A DNA stretch of 64,000 nt from Monocercomonoides exilis PA203 (Eukaryota > Protista > Preaxostyla), in contig LSRY02000024.1 in the NCBI GenBank assembly GCA_001643675.2, positions 1,240,001 to 1,304,000 on the forward strand. Reading direction: 5' to 3'. A model generated the notes under the pieces. It was not told the DNA's origin and did no database searches. It was given only the letters and a program-made list of their open reading frames with translations. This document shows, piece after piece, positions 25,507 to 37,113 of the stretch; position 1 is the first letter of the stretch; each line of letters starts with the position of its first letter. Position numbers and translations under genes: made by a program.

Positions 25507-26644
25507 TTTAATGATTTTTGTTTTTCTTTTCTGGAATTAAATGATGATTCCGCAGCATCAATAAATTTATTCATCTTCAAATCAAATTTTAATAACTTTG
25601 ATAAAATGTCATCCATTAAATCGTGATAAAGGATGCTTAATAAAAAAATAAAAAATATTTATCTTGAAAATTATTAATTATGTCTTACTCAAAAAGTTGA
25701 GCAAAATTCGAATTAATCTATTCTCGTATGTCAGATGAAATATGCAATGCTTATTCAATATTGAAATTGATTCACACAATACTTATTGTGATTAATTTGA
25801 AAGAAATTTTTTTTTTCAATAAATAATTTTTGAAGAAAAGGAGTGGGTTTTATGAAAAGTTGAAACACTTCAATTGCTTCAGTATCAGTTAAAAAGAAAG
25901 AAAGAAAAAAAAATTTTTTTTTTTCAAATGTTACTGAAAGACAATTGAAAACCGCAAAGCATAATTGTTCGATTTTTGTCTTCAAGTCCATTCACACTGA
26001 ACAACATAGTTCATAAAACGAGAAAATGAAAGACCTGTGCTTTGAAAATACTTTTGTTCATTGGTTGTGCAGAAATATGGTTGAGGAAAAGAAGGATTCA
26101 AAATTGACATGTTTTGAGTTTCAAAAGAAAAGTGAATTTGTTGTTTGTGCAAATGTTGTTGAAACTACAAATCAAGAAATTGCCTTTTTGTTAATAAATA
26201 AAAACAAATGAAGAAGAATTGAAGCAAATGACATCAACAACACAAATTGAAGCATCTCAAAAATTAACTTTTGTGATATTATCTGCAAGTATGTTCAACC
26301 AAAAAATCTATCAACAAATATTGTAAATTAGAGATAAAATGATAACATTCAACGCCATTTAGATTTAAAAAGCCATTGAATAATTTTTCAAACAATACAT
26401 ACACAAATATCAAAGAGCAAGCTTCATCAGTCAACAAAAATTTTTGGTATAAACAGGTTAAACTTTAGAAAATTCAAACAACGAACAAAAACAAAAATCA
26501 AAGGCTCAAAAAAGAAAAAAGAAAAAGAAAGAAAGAAGAATAAAATGGAACAAAAACATTTCTGCAAATGTGCAACTTTCCAAATAAAGCCGAAATAAAT
26601 GCGGCAATATCATCAAAAAAATACAGTTTCCTCACAAAAATCAA

Positions 26645-29600
26645 TCATCTGCTTTTTAGTGATTCTTCAGTGATTTCACTTCCTGCCACTGTCAAACCAT
26701 CAACACTTGCCCTTTCATCACTCATTTCTGTTGTTTCTTCCTGATCAATTGCATCTGATATTGTCACCATCACTGCTTCTCGAGGAAAGCGCTGGATGAA
26801 CTCTCGCTTCAGCTCTGTCAATTCCAGTCTGTCTTCTGGCTGAGCTGACAGGCAAGCCCGAATAATCTCAAAGAATTGCGATTCCTTCACGCCACATATG
26901 TCTGGTCTTTCGTGATTCGCCATCTTCTGTCCCGCCACCTCTGCCGCATACTCCCCAAACGGAATCTCTACCTTCAAGCACTCCCACAGCATCATCCCAA
27001 TCGAAAATGCCACTGACTTCTTTGTTGCTCTCATCTTCTTGTTCATCAGCAATTCTGGCGCCTTCCACATCAGGCATTCTTTTCTGAAGTTGTCCTCATC
27101 CTCAAACGCTGATGAAGGAAGAGAGTCACAATCATCATCGTCATCATCGCTTGCTGATGCTACAACTGTTGACGAAGAGATTGAAGAAGAGTCTGAATCA
27201 TCATCTGACAATAAATCAGAATGCATCACAATGCAAATGACCATGTGTTCCGAGAACAGCACAATATGAGGACTCAGATTGGCAAGTGATTGAAGATCAT
27301 CTTCCTCATCTTCAAACGAGTGAAGTGCTCCATTCGCTACCCAGAACAAAACCTGTGCAGCTGTTTGTTATCTTTCTTGCAAACTCCCAATTGCCATCTC
27401 CTTTTTCTCATTTCTTCCATGAAGCAGCATGAACAATGAATCCCTCAAATCCACAATCAATTTCTCATGAGGAGACGAACAGGCCATCACATCCACCAGA
27501 TTCGACATCGATGAGGTGGTTGGACACAGACTCTCTGATCGAACAAATGTTGAATCTGAATCAGTTGTTGAAGTGGATGAAATGGAAGGTGAAGGAGTTC
27601 TCTTTCTCGTTTCCTCCTCTTCTTCTTTTTCATCCACATTTTCCAATGCCCATTCAGGGATCTTGTCTGAGTCTTTTCCAAGAATATATTCAGTGGAGCC
27701 ACTCTCACTCAGCAAATGCTCTGATGACTCCGAATGTCCCAAGCTTTTCTTATACACCCTCTTCTTGATCCTTTCTTCATTCTTCTTCTCTGCCTCCCTT
27801 TCTGCTCTTCTCCACTGCTCCTCTGGTGATGGCTCCATTGTTGTCATTTCAATCAGCTTTGGATCCTTCCTCACAGTATCATTCACAATCTCTCTCAGAT
27901 CCTTCGCTTCATTCTTTGCCTTTCTCCATCTGAGTGCAAGAATAACAGAAACAATAAGAACAATTAAAAATGAAACAACAAATATAACTGCAATTGTCAA
28001 GACCCATGATTTCCCCATTTTTTCTCCTTCAGCCAATTTATCATTCGCTGTCTTTGGTTCTGTTTTGTTTTTTGAATCTGACATGAAGTTGATGACAATT
28101 GCTTTCCAAACGAAATCACCACTGACACCTCCGTCTCATCCCCAACGGTTGTTATCTTGTCTGAAGGAATCGTGCCTATCACTTCTGTTTCTAACACAAA
28201 ACTGTTTTCCTCAAATTCAAATGTTTCAACAAACTCCACATCCCCTGTTTTATACACAAGCCTGAACGACAAATTGCAAGGCAGCAGCTTCCCTTTGAAT
28301 ATAACCTCCATTTCTTCTCCTTTCTCCCTTGTTTCAACACTCTCCAACACTGGAATGAAGAATGGAGATGCTCTTTCTTCTGCTATCCCTCCTAAACTGC
28401 ATCCATCATTCAAAATCCAAAGCGAAAAATTGGGCATCACCCTGTCTCCTCCTTTCAAGCTCGAAATTGTCAGTGAAGCAGAATCTGAACAAATAATATT
28501 CCTCCGAAGAGAAGGATATTTTTCAATGAAAGGATTGTTATTTGCCAGCATTCCCATCTCGATTACAGTCTTTCCTCCTTTTATCGATATTCCTCCTTTC
28601 GATGAATTCTCTATTTTTATTTCAACCATCTGTAAATCGGAGTTTTCGGAATGGACGAGTGATCCATTCCATTCACAAATTTCTTCAAATGCGTTATCAT
28701 TCTCGGCTTCGCTTTCTTTGGCAACCATTCCTTCAAATTCACACATTTGCATCGAAACATCCTTTGCATTGTTCATCTCCATAATGCTTCCTTTGCTTGA
28801 CAGAGAATTGCAGCTTTCACAAGAACAATTTAAAAGAACGATTTCAGCAGAAGATGAAGAAGCAGAGAGAACAGAAGTTCCTTCCGAATTCCTCGAGCAG
28901 TTCTTGAATGAGGTGCTTCCAATAAAAATTGTTCCTGAGGTCGAACTGCTAATCTCAAGGATACAGCCTTCTGACAGCTTCACTCCATTTGCACATGCTC
29001 TATCAAACACAACACTTCCACATTGTCCAAGCTCAAAAACATTTGCTATTGATTCAATCTGTTCCAGTTTCATATTTGTCAACGATATCTCTTCCCCATT
29101 GAACACAAATGAAGGCTTCTTGAATGAAAGGAGAGATAGTGAGCAGTTGTCAATGTGAAGAATACCATTTTCGACGCTTAACAAAGTTGAATTGAGAATT
29201 ATTGCTTCAATATTTTCTGACTCTCCAACTGAAGAGAAATCAACAAATGATAAAGAAAGTTCCCCACTTGCTTCATGAATGATAGAACTTCCAGAATAAG
29301 AAAACGACTGACCAAAGTTGAATTTCAATCTCTCAATCCGAACTTTCTCTAAGGTTGTGAGAAGACTGCCCTCATTGAAATTAATTGTTGAGTTCAGATG
29401 CGCCAAAGCTCCTGAAGGAGATTGCAATGAGCTGATGGTTAAATCACGAGCATCACATTCTCTTTTGATAATTGATTCCTCTGAGATCAGGAGCTGTGAA
29501 TAAAATGAAGGAATAATATGTGTCACTCCCTCACTCATTGATTGGCATGGCGTGTTAAACTCTCCACATTGCTTGCTGTCTGTGTGATTGTCTGCAACTG

Positions 29601-32577
29601 AAGACACAAATATCGCCTCGCTCTGATATATCACAATCCTTAGCAGAAGATCTTCTTCATCCACAAACGAGTCTGTTGTGCAGCCCCACATCGCCAGCTC
29701 CTTCACAAACGGTGTTCTGAAATCCAGCAGGAATTGCTCTTCAACTATTTGTGCATCAATTGAGCGGCATCGAACATACACATCTCTCCCTCTCAATGCA
29801 GAGTTGTCTCTGAATGTGATATTCAACAGCACAAAATTCAGTGGCTGCTCAACCACCGTGGTGCATTCCAGAAACAGCCATCCGCCTCTTCCTGTGCTCG
29901 AGCAAAAGCACTCAGAAATCGTGCAAAATGAGCAATCAAAGTTTCCTCCCTCATTCAACACACAAAACATCCCTCCTCCCTTTCCGCACCTCGTTCCACC
30001 ACACTTCTTCATCGTTGTGTTTCGTATCACCATTTTCAAAGGCTCATCATTATCATTCCGAATGATGGGAATATCATTGGTTGTGTTCTGGGTTACTTCT
30101 TCGAATGAACTCCACTCAATTACAACATCTTGTTCAATTTCATTTTTTTCTCTCCTTGAACTCTTTGCTATGTTCAATCCGCTTGCCCCATCCAGCTCAA
30201 CATTCTTCATCGTCAGGTTTTTGATGTTCAATGTTGTTGTTGGCAACACAGAAATAACATCCTGTGAAAAGCTCAACAATTGTATTGTCACAAAGTCCAA
30301 CACAACTGAACCTCCTTCTGCCTTGATAAGCCCATAATGTATCACTTCTTCTCTGTCATCTCCTTTCTTGGTGAATGAGCAGTCTTTCACAGTCAATAAT
30401 CCTTCGCTTGATCCAACATGCATTAAATAATTGACTCCAATTGTGAAAGATGATGGAATCGCAAAGCGAATCAGTTCGAACTGCGTGATACTCTGAATCT
30501 TCATTACCATTCCTTCTGTTCCTTCAAGCGATGAAACACATTCAAATGAACACATTTCTGAATTATTTGAGCTTATTGAAAATCCGCTAACATCAACACT
30601 TTTCCGAAGATATCCTTTTACAATGATGATCATATTCTTTTTATTTCATTCTGACAATCTCATTAACGAATAGTCAATTGACAAGCAAGGATAATCTGAG
30701 AATCCACAGGCACCCATATATCTTCCTTCGCTGCCAATAAAAATCTCTGAGACGAGTGAGAGCCAGAAATAAATCAGCGGAATGACATTCGTTGTATCAT
30801 TTCCATCAAAGCCTCTCAGGGAATTCAATGAAATATCTGCCAGGTGTTCGAGCACAAATGGAAGAGAAATGTTTGTGATGCTCTTCGTCAAATTCGATGA
30901 TTCAACAAACACATCATTTCCATATTTCGCAACATTTGGCTTGTCTTTATCGAAAGTGGGGGATGATATCACAAATGAAGAATCGTCATCAATCACTTTC
31001 AGTGCAATCCCTCCCCCAAACCCAATTTTCCGTTCTTCTGCTGGTGCTGTGCATCCTGTGAATGTGCATGAAATAACATTCAATTGAGTATTCCCTTTCA
31101 ATTGAGCATTGATAGCCCCTCCTCTGCTTCCATCAGCAAAAACAGAGCATCCATCAAATTCACATTCTTCAATATTAATTTCTACATTTGAATTTTCATC
31201 ATGGCTGTTGTCAATGCTCACACAGCTTCCACTTCCGGCTGCTCTTTCTATTTCTGTGAAATTGCTGTTCGTCATGTTCAACCACAGAGTGTTCATCAAC
31301 TCGATATTTGTTCCACTTCCAGACAATGAGATCAATGGATTTCCGCTCAATATGATTGAAGAAACCGAAAATGAATCAATAACCAAGGTTCCAGATTCAA
31401 CAGATAAAATCAGAAATGACAATTCTAATGATGGATCTTGAAGAGAAAGAGAACAGTGAGATATCGTCAGTATCGATGAAGAAGAAGAAATGAAAGTTGA
31501 ATGTGAATGAGACGGAGGAAGAGAGAAGATAAGTATCGATAATTCTGTTTCAAAACTTGTTATCATCGCTGGGTTTAATGATGAAGTTGAATCGGAGACT
31601 GTCCAGCCACTTTCATCATCATTTCCTTGGATTTCATGTTTCTGTCCAGCAAAATCCAATTCATCACTCATCGAAATCATTCCACTCACAATAATTTTCT
31701 TTTCTCCTGTTTGTCTTATGAGAGAATGCTTCAAGGTCAAACAAGGAAACTGGATAATCCCACAGTGAGAATGGTCAGATGCCTCGGAATTGCTCACATA
31801 TATTGCTGTTGGATTGGGAAGGAGATAAATACACAGTGGGATGGCCACACTCGTATTTCCATTGTCATATCCTCGCACTTTGTCAACAGAATCTGATGAT
31901 GAGGTTACACATGCAATTTTTCTTGAAGTTGCAGTTTCTTCCAGATTGGGCGATAAGACGAAGATGTCTCTTCCCCATTTGGCCGTGTTTGTGCCAAAGG
32001 AAGAAGAAATCAAGAAATCTGGATTTTCATTCAATAATCGAAGAAGGATTCCTCCCCCTAGTCTGTACGATGCAGAGCAATAGCACCCATCAAAAGATCC
32101 GCTTTTCACTTTCACTTCATTCTCATTCCCTGCACACAGCATCATTGATCCTCCATCAACTGATATTGTGCTTCCACATCCTTCAAAGGTGCAAGAATTC
32201 AGATCAATGTTTGCTTTGTCATTCGAAAACGATATCACAGCTGCTCCGCTCGTTGTTCTTTCAATTTCATCAAAGGCACAGAATGAAAGTATCAAGAAAA
32301 TATCATTTGTCGAAGAAAGCGAAAACAACGAAACAGTGGATAAAGTTTTTGCCCAGTTCACATTTTCCATCTGAAACATGCCATTCTGAACATAAATCAG
32401 TTCTATCAAAAATGCTGTTTCTGTTGATTGTTCGCTCCCAAAAGATATATTCAATCTCCTTATTGATATTTCCCTTGGTCCTGTAATCTCAAATAGCCTT
32501 GAGGCTCGATTATTTGCAAATGTCGAGTCATGCACGATGGTGAGGTCACTGATGGATAAAATGCTTGCCAAAAACAA
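26645..32577 (-). pseudogene. Pseudogene of a large surface protein / receptor-like pseudokinase
   Basis: Beta-helix/Cys-motif ectodomain, TM (WVLTIAVIFVVSFLIVLIVSVILALRW) and kinase-like C-lobe (WKAPE, VAFSIGMMLWECL, IPFGE, CL...PEDR). Lesions: in-frame TGA 30646-30648, frameshift near 28080, in-frame TAA 27368-27370, and a 5' end cut at an A-rich microsatellite. Confidence 0.85.
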
Positions 32578-32624
32578 AAAAAGAAAAGAAAGAAAAGAAA
32601 AGAAAAGAAAAAGAAAAAGAAGAA
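32570..32624. repeat. (GAAAA)n imperfect microsatellite
   Basis: aagaaaagaaagaaaagaaaagaaaagaaaaagaaaaagaag, at the breakpoint of the pseudogene. Confidence 0.9.
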
Positions 32625-33254
32625 TCGGAGTTTACAAATTCTATTTGCTCCGTTCTACTTTTGTCATTTTGATGCAAACAAAATAAAAAAGTATGCCCCA
32701 GGTCGTATGAAAAGGCACTTTCCGAAAAAAAAACAATTAAGATTGCATGCCCGTAGGTGTAATTCCGTCTTCTCCAAAAAATATTCTATTTGCATGAACA
32801 TGAGTGCAATTCAAATTATCTAGTGCAGAAACTGAAAAAAATACATCCAAAAACAAATTTTGAAATACAATTTTCTTGAATTATTAAGCATGTTTGCATT
32901 GAACAGAGTAATAACAGTTCCCGGTATTTTTGTGGGAAATATGACAAAGGAGCATTTGGTTATCAAACAAATCTTGTTCGCTGTTTTTCAAAACTTTTAT
33001 TTTTCTCATAAACAACGTATTTCCTCATTTCAGCCGATGGATTCCAGCAAATATATTCTATTGCCAAAATGCTGTTCACAAAAAACAGCAAAACGAAATA
33101 AAAAGATAATCATCAAACGAATGAAGGTTGAATTTTGATCGATCTGATCCGAAAGCCATATTAGCGAATCTGATCTTCCGGATTTTTACGAATCGACTGC
33201 AAACGCTGTTTTTGAATCCGCCTGACGGATCAGAACTGCAGGGATATAGAGATA

Positions 33255-35300
33255 ATGAGTTTTCAAAGAGAAATACAAAAAGAAGGATTTGAAAAAACGA
33301 AATGCGATCCAACAACCAAAGATAAGGAAGGAAGGACCGAGGCAATGAATTGGATCATAAAAAACAGAACAGATCCTCCAGCACATATGATGCACGATAT
33401 AACACTTGGAGATAAAGATGGATCAACAATGGCAATGCTCTGGATTCAAGAAGTTAAAGCAGAGCCACCATTGTGGATGAGGCATGGAATAACGCTTGGG
33501 AATAAAAATAAATGGACGATGGCAATGTTCTGGATTGGGAGCGTGAAAAAAGAGCCGCCGGAGTGGATGAGACATGACACCGCTCTGTGTGATGCTATGG
33601 GATGGACGATGGCCATGGTGTGGATTTGCTTTGTGCAAACAGAGCCACCAGAATGGATGAGACATAAAGAAACACTTAAAGATAAAGACAGATGGACGAT
33701 GGCCATGCACTGGATAAGATATGTTAAATCAGAGCCACCACTGTGGATGAGGCACGATAAAACCGTTTGCGACACAAATGGGTGGACGATGCTCATGCTG
33801 TGGAAAATATTTATTGAAGCAGAGCCCCCAAAGTGGATGACTTATGATAATGCACTTGGTGATGAAGATGGAAGAACAAAGGCGATGAACTGGATCATCG
33901 ATAAGAAAGCAGAACCACCGCTGTGGATGAGACATGACATCACACTTGGCAATAAAGACGGATGGACGATGACGATGTATTGGATTGCTGTTGCGAAGAC
34001 AGAACCACCAGAATGGATGAGACATGACATCACACTTGGCAATAAAGACGGATTCACAATGGCCATGTTGTGGATTATATTTACCCATGCGGAACCGCCA
34101 GAGTGGATGAGACATGGCGTTTCACTTGCAAATAATAAAAAAGAAACAATGGCAATGCTGTGGATTCGTGATGTTAAAACGGAACCACCTGCATGGATGA
34201 GACACGAAAGCGCATTTGCAGATGATGACGGATATACAATGCCTATGTGGTGGATTCAGTTTGTTCAAACAGAACCTCCAGAATGGATGAGACATGATAT
34301 TTCGCAAAAGAATAATTGGGGGAAAACAGTGGCTATGATGTGGATAGAGAATACGAAAACAGATCCACCAGAATGGATGAGACACGATATTACGCTTCGT
34401 AACAATTTCAAATCAACGATGGCTATGTTGTGGATTCAGTTTGTTCAAACAGAACCGCCAGTCTGGATGAGGCACGAAATTACACTTACCAATAAGAATG
34501 GGTGCACAATGGCCATGCACTGGATTCGATATGTCAATTCAGAACCACCAGAGTGGATGAGACATGAGAAAACACTTGCTGATAGCAAAGGAAGAACAAT
34601 GGCTATGGTTTGGATTGAATATGTCAAGACAAACCCACCAGAATGGATGAGACACTACAATGAGCTTGCAGATAAAAACGGAAAACCAATGGCCATGAAA
34701 TGGATTGCATATGCGAAGACTGAACCACCAGAATGGATGAGGCATGGTTATTCGTTGAAGGATACGAATGGGAGGACGATGGCGGATCATTGGAAAAGTA
34801 ATGTCAAGAGTTCACTACCAGAATGGGTGAGACATGATATAAAACTAAGTCAAAAGGATGGCTGGACAATGGTAGATTGTTGGGAAAATAGTGTCAAGAG
34901 TGAACCATCAGAATGGATGACACATGACAAAACGCTTGATGATAAAAATGGAAGAACAGAAGCAATGCGATGGATCGTTGAGAAAAAGGAAGAACCACCT
35001 GAAAAAATAAGGCATGACATTAAGCTTTCAGATAATAACGGGCAAACCATGGCCATGCTATGGATTTTTTGGTTGAAATCAGAACCGCCAGAATGGATGA
35101 GACACAGCATCACCCTTTCTGACAAGAATGGAAGAACAATGGCCATGCACTGGATCAAGCAAGTTAAAACAGATCCTCCTACATGGATGAGACACGACAA
35201 AATGCTTTGCAATAAGAGTGGATGGACAATGGCTAAACTCTGGGAATTCTTTGTTCAGACCGATCTACCAAAATGGATGGAGACTGATAAATCCGCATGA
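33255..35300 (+). CDS. Tandem-repeat protein: 22 x 30-aa Trp/Met-rich ankyrin-like units
   Basis: Intact intronless 681-aa ORF = 26-aa leader + 21 x 30 + 25. Consensus xTMAMxWIxxVKTEPPEWMRHDxTLx(D/N)KxG. The motif tggatga recurs every 90 nt. Confidence 0.9.
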   Translation: MSFQREIQKEGFEKTKCDPTTKDKEGRTEAMNWIIKNRTDPPAHMMHDITLGDKDGSTMAMLWIQEVKAEPPLWMRHGITLGNKNKWTMAMFWIGSVKKEPPEWMRHDTALCDAMGWTMAMVWICFVQTEPPEWMRHKETLKDKDRWTMAMHWIRYVKSEPPLWMRHDKTVCDTNGWTMLMLWKIFIEAEPPKWMTYDNALGDEDGRTKAMNWIIDKKAEPPLWMRHDITLGNKDGWTMTMYWIAVAKTEPPEWMRHDITLGNKDGFTMAMLWIIFTHAEPPEWMRHGVSLANNKKETMAMLWIRDVKTEPPAWMRHESAFADDDGYTMPMWWIQFVQTEPPEWMRHDISQKNNWGKTVAMMWIENTKTDPPEWMRHDITLRNNFKSTMAMLWIQFVQTEPPVWMRHEITLTNKNGCTMAMHWIRYVNSEPPEWMRHEKTLADSKGRTMAMVWIEYVKTNPPEWMRHYNELADKNGKPMAMKWIAYAKTEPPEWMRHGYSLKDTNGRTMADHWKSNVKSSLPEWVRHDIKLSQKDGWTMVDCWENSVKSEPSEWMTHDKTLDDKNGRTEAMRWIVEKKEEPPEKIRHDIKLSDNNGQTMAMLWIFWLKSEPPEWMRHSITLSDKNGRTMAMHWIKQVKTDPPTWMRHDKMLCNKSGWTMAKLWEFFVQTDLPKWMETDKSA

Positions 35301-35573
35301 GTGTTTGCTTATTTGTGTTGGATGTGTCGTTTTCGATGCTTTCAATGAATCAGCTGATTAACATGTTTCTCAATAAAGGCAATTCCACAGCCTATCGAAA
35401 TGCATGATTATTCTTTCTTTTGAAGTGACTTTCTATCTTTCTGCAAACACTCGGATATTCTTCAAGCAAATATCAGTTTGATAGCCTATCTATTCTTTAT
35501 CAATTATTTTTTTTTTCCTCCTCATTTTATCTCAGCAATTTAAGCGTTTCATTTCATTTCTTCTTCTTCTCTT

Positions 35574-35723
35574 TTTATTTTATGTTATGTTATGTTATGT
35601 CATATTATATTATATTATATAATTTTATTTTATTTTATTTTGCTTAGTTTAATTTTGTTTTGTTTTGTTTTGTTTGGTTTGGTTTGATTTTGTTTGGTTT
35701 TGTTTGGTTTTGTTTGGTTTTAA
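35574..35723. repeat. Compound pentanucleotide microsatellite
   Basis: In-phase 5-mers tatgt > tatat > tattt > tgttt > ggttt, about 30 units. Confidence 0.92.
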
Positions 35724-36054
35724 TTTTTTACAAAATAATTTAAATAATTTTTATTTGATTCAGTTTACAATCATAGAAAAGCTCAATATGAATCTCTTTC
35801 TCTCTTTTTCTTTTCTTATTTTCTTTTTCAATTTGTCAATGTGGCAAATGGATACAATACCGGTACATCAGAATTGACTTTATTTTATGATAAAAGTATT
35901 TATCATAGTGTAATATCTATTCATACAAAATATCAGAGTGAGGAAATGATTCTATGTTGAAACAAATATTTTTCAAAGAAAATAAAAAATTGGATTGGGA
36001 CATATATTTATTAAAATTTCAAAATAAATAAAACTGTCGATTATATTGGAAAAA

Positions 36055-37113
36055 TTATACTGAAGGGCTGCATTCAGTCGAACTTTCTTCGTCTCCTGAT
36101 CCAAGTGGATCAAAATCATCATCATTTTCGATTTCAGGAAGAGTGTCACCTGCATCTGGGATTTCCTCTTCATCCATTTCTTCTATTATTTCATTTTCAT
36201 CTTCAATCAATTCATCAAGTTCATAATGAATCAAATCTTTCATCATATCTTTAAACTGAAGCTTCAATGAACTTTTAACCAAAAACAATGTAATCTGATC
36301 GGCGAGATTTTTAATTCTCATTCCTGACTGAGGAAAGGATGACCATAAATGCTTCCATAACCCTTCAATTGTGTTTGTGCAAGCCTTATTCTCTTTATTG
36401 AAGAATTTCCGCTTGTGGCAGACTGTTTCATGTAAATAACCAAACGTACTCAAACATTGGAAAGCTTTCCATTTGTCAGAATATATCTTTGTTCCGAATT
36501 TAAGGTGATCCAGAATTATTGGAATCAGTGTTTCTTTGGTTCTGTCAGGAACAATCATCATAAATCTGTCGCCATCTCCTCCACCTTCCAACCTTACGAC
36601 TCCTCCAATAATCCAAATCAATTTCTTCTTTTTTCCTTTATGGTATTTCCTTCTTCTCCAGACTGCTTCGTCTATCTCCACAATCTTCCCCTCTCCTCCG
36701 ATTTTGGCTGGTTTCTGTTCCAAATCCGCATGCAACAGCACCTCATTACACTAGCCCAATATGATTAAGTTTTTCTATTCACGGACAATTAAATTGAAAC
36801 AGTTTTGATTAGGATTTTCAACCATAGATATAGTAAAACAAGAAAAGCAACTCAAAGGGGCTTTTTCAAATTTTCGAATACTGTTCCTTCATGAATTGAA
36901 CTCTTGAATTTTCTGTAACTTGTGCAAATACAATATCTGTATCATTCTTCCTTTCTGCACATTTTATTTTTTTTTTTTGCGAATTTGCCATATTGTTGAA
37001 ATAACATCTTGTTGAATAGTGAAATTTTAATTCCACGATTTCTTTTCATCATGAAATGTGAGACTCATCAATGATATTGTTCTATCTTTAAAGATCAAAT
37101 TTGGTTCAGCCAT
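36055..37113 (-). mobile_element. Merlin / IS1595 (ISXO2-like) transposase, N-terminal part decayed
   Basis: The catalytic ORF 36055-36741 has IGGEGKIVEIDE, RRKYHKG, WIIGGV, GTKIYSDKWKAF, HETVCH and CTNTIEGLW, followed by an acidic tail. The upstream region is broken by stops and shifts but keeps SIHEGTVFE..KPL..LYLW. Candidate ATG at 37111-37113. Confidence 0.9.

Noticed and set aside
27368-27370. In-frame TAA as evidence for a TAA/TAG=Gln genetic code (as in some oxymonads)
   Set aside because: Conserved genes here end properly at TAA/TAG, long ORFs use CAA/CAG for Gln, and the same gene also has a TGA and a frameshift.
28157-32486. Long plus-strand ORFs (333, 219, 235 aa) and similar antisense ORFs over other large genes
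   Set aside because: They are shadow ORFs on the antisense strand of real coding sequence and have no independent motifs.
33333-35300. 90-nt periodic array as a CRISPR or non-coding repeat-spacer array
   Set aside because: It is one open frame with triplet periodicity and synonymous variation in the conserved blocks. The context is eukaryotic and there are no cas genes.
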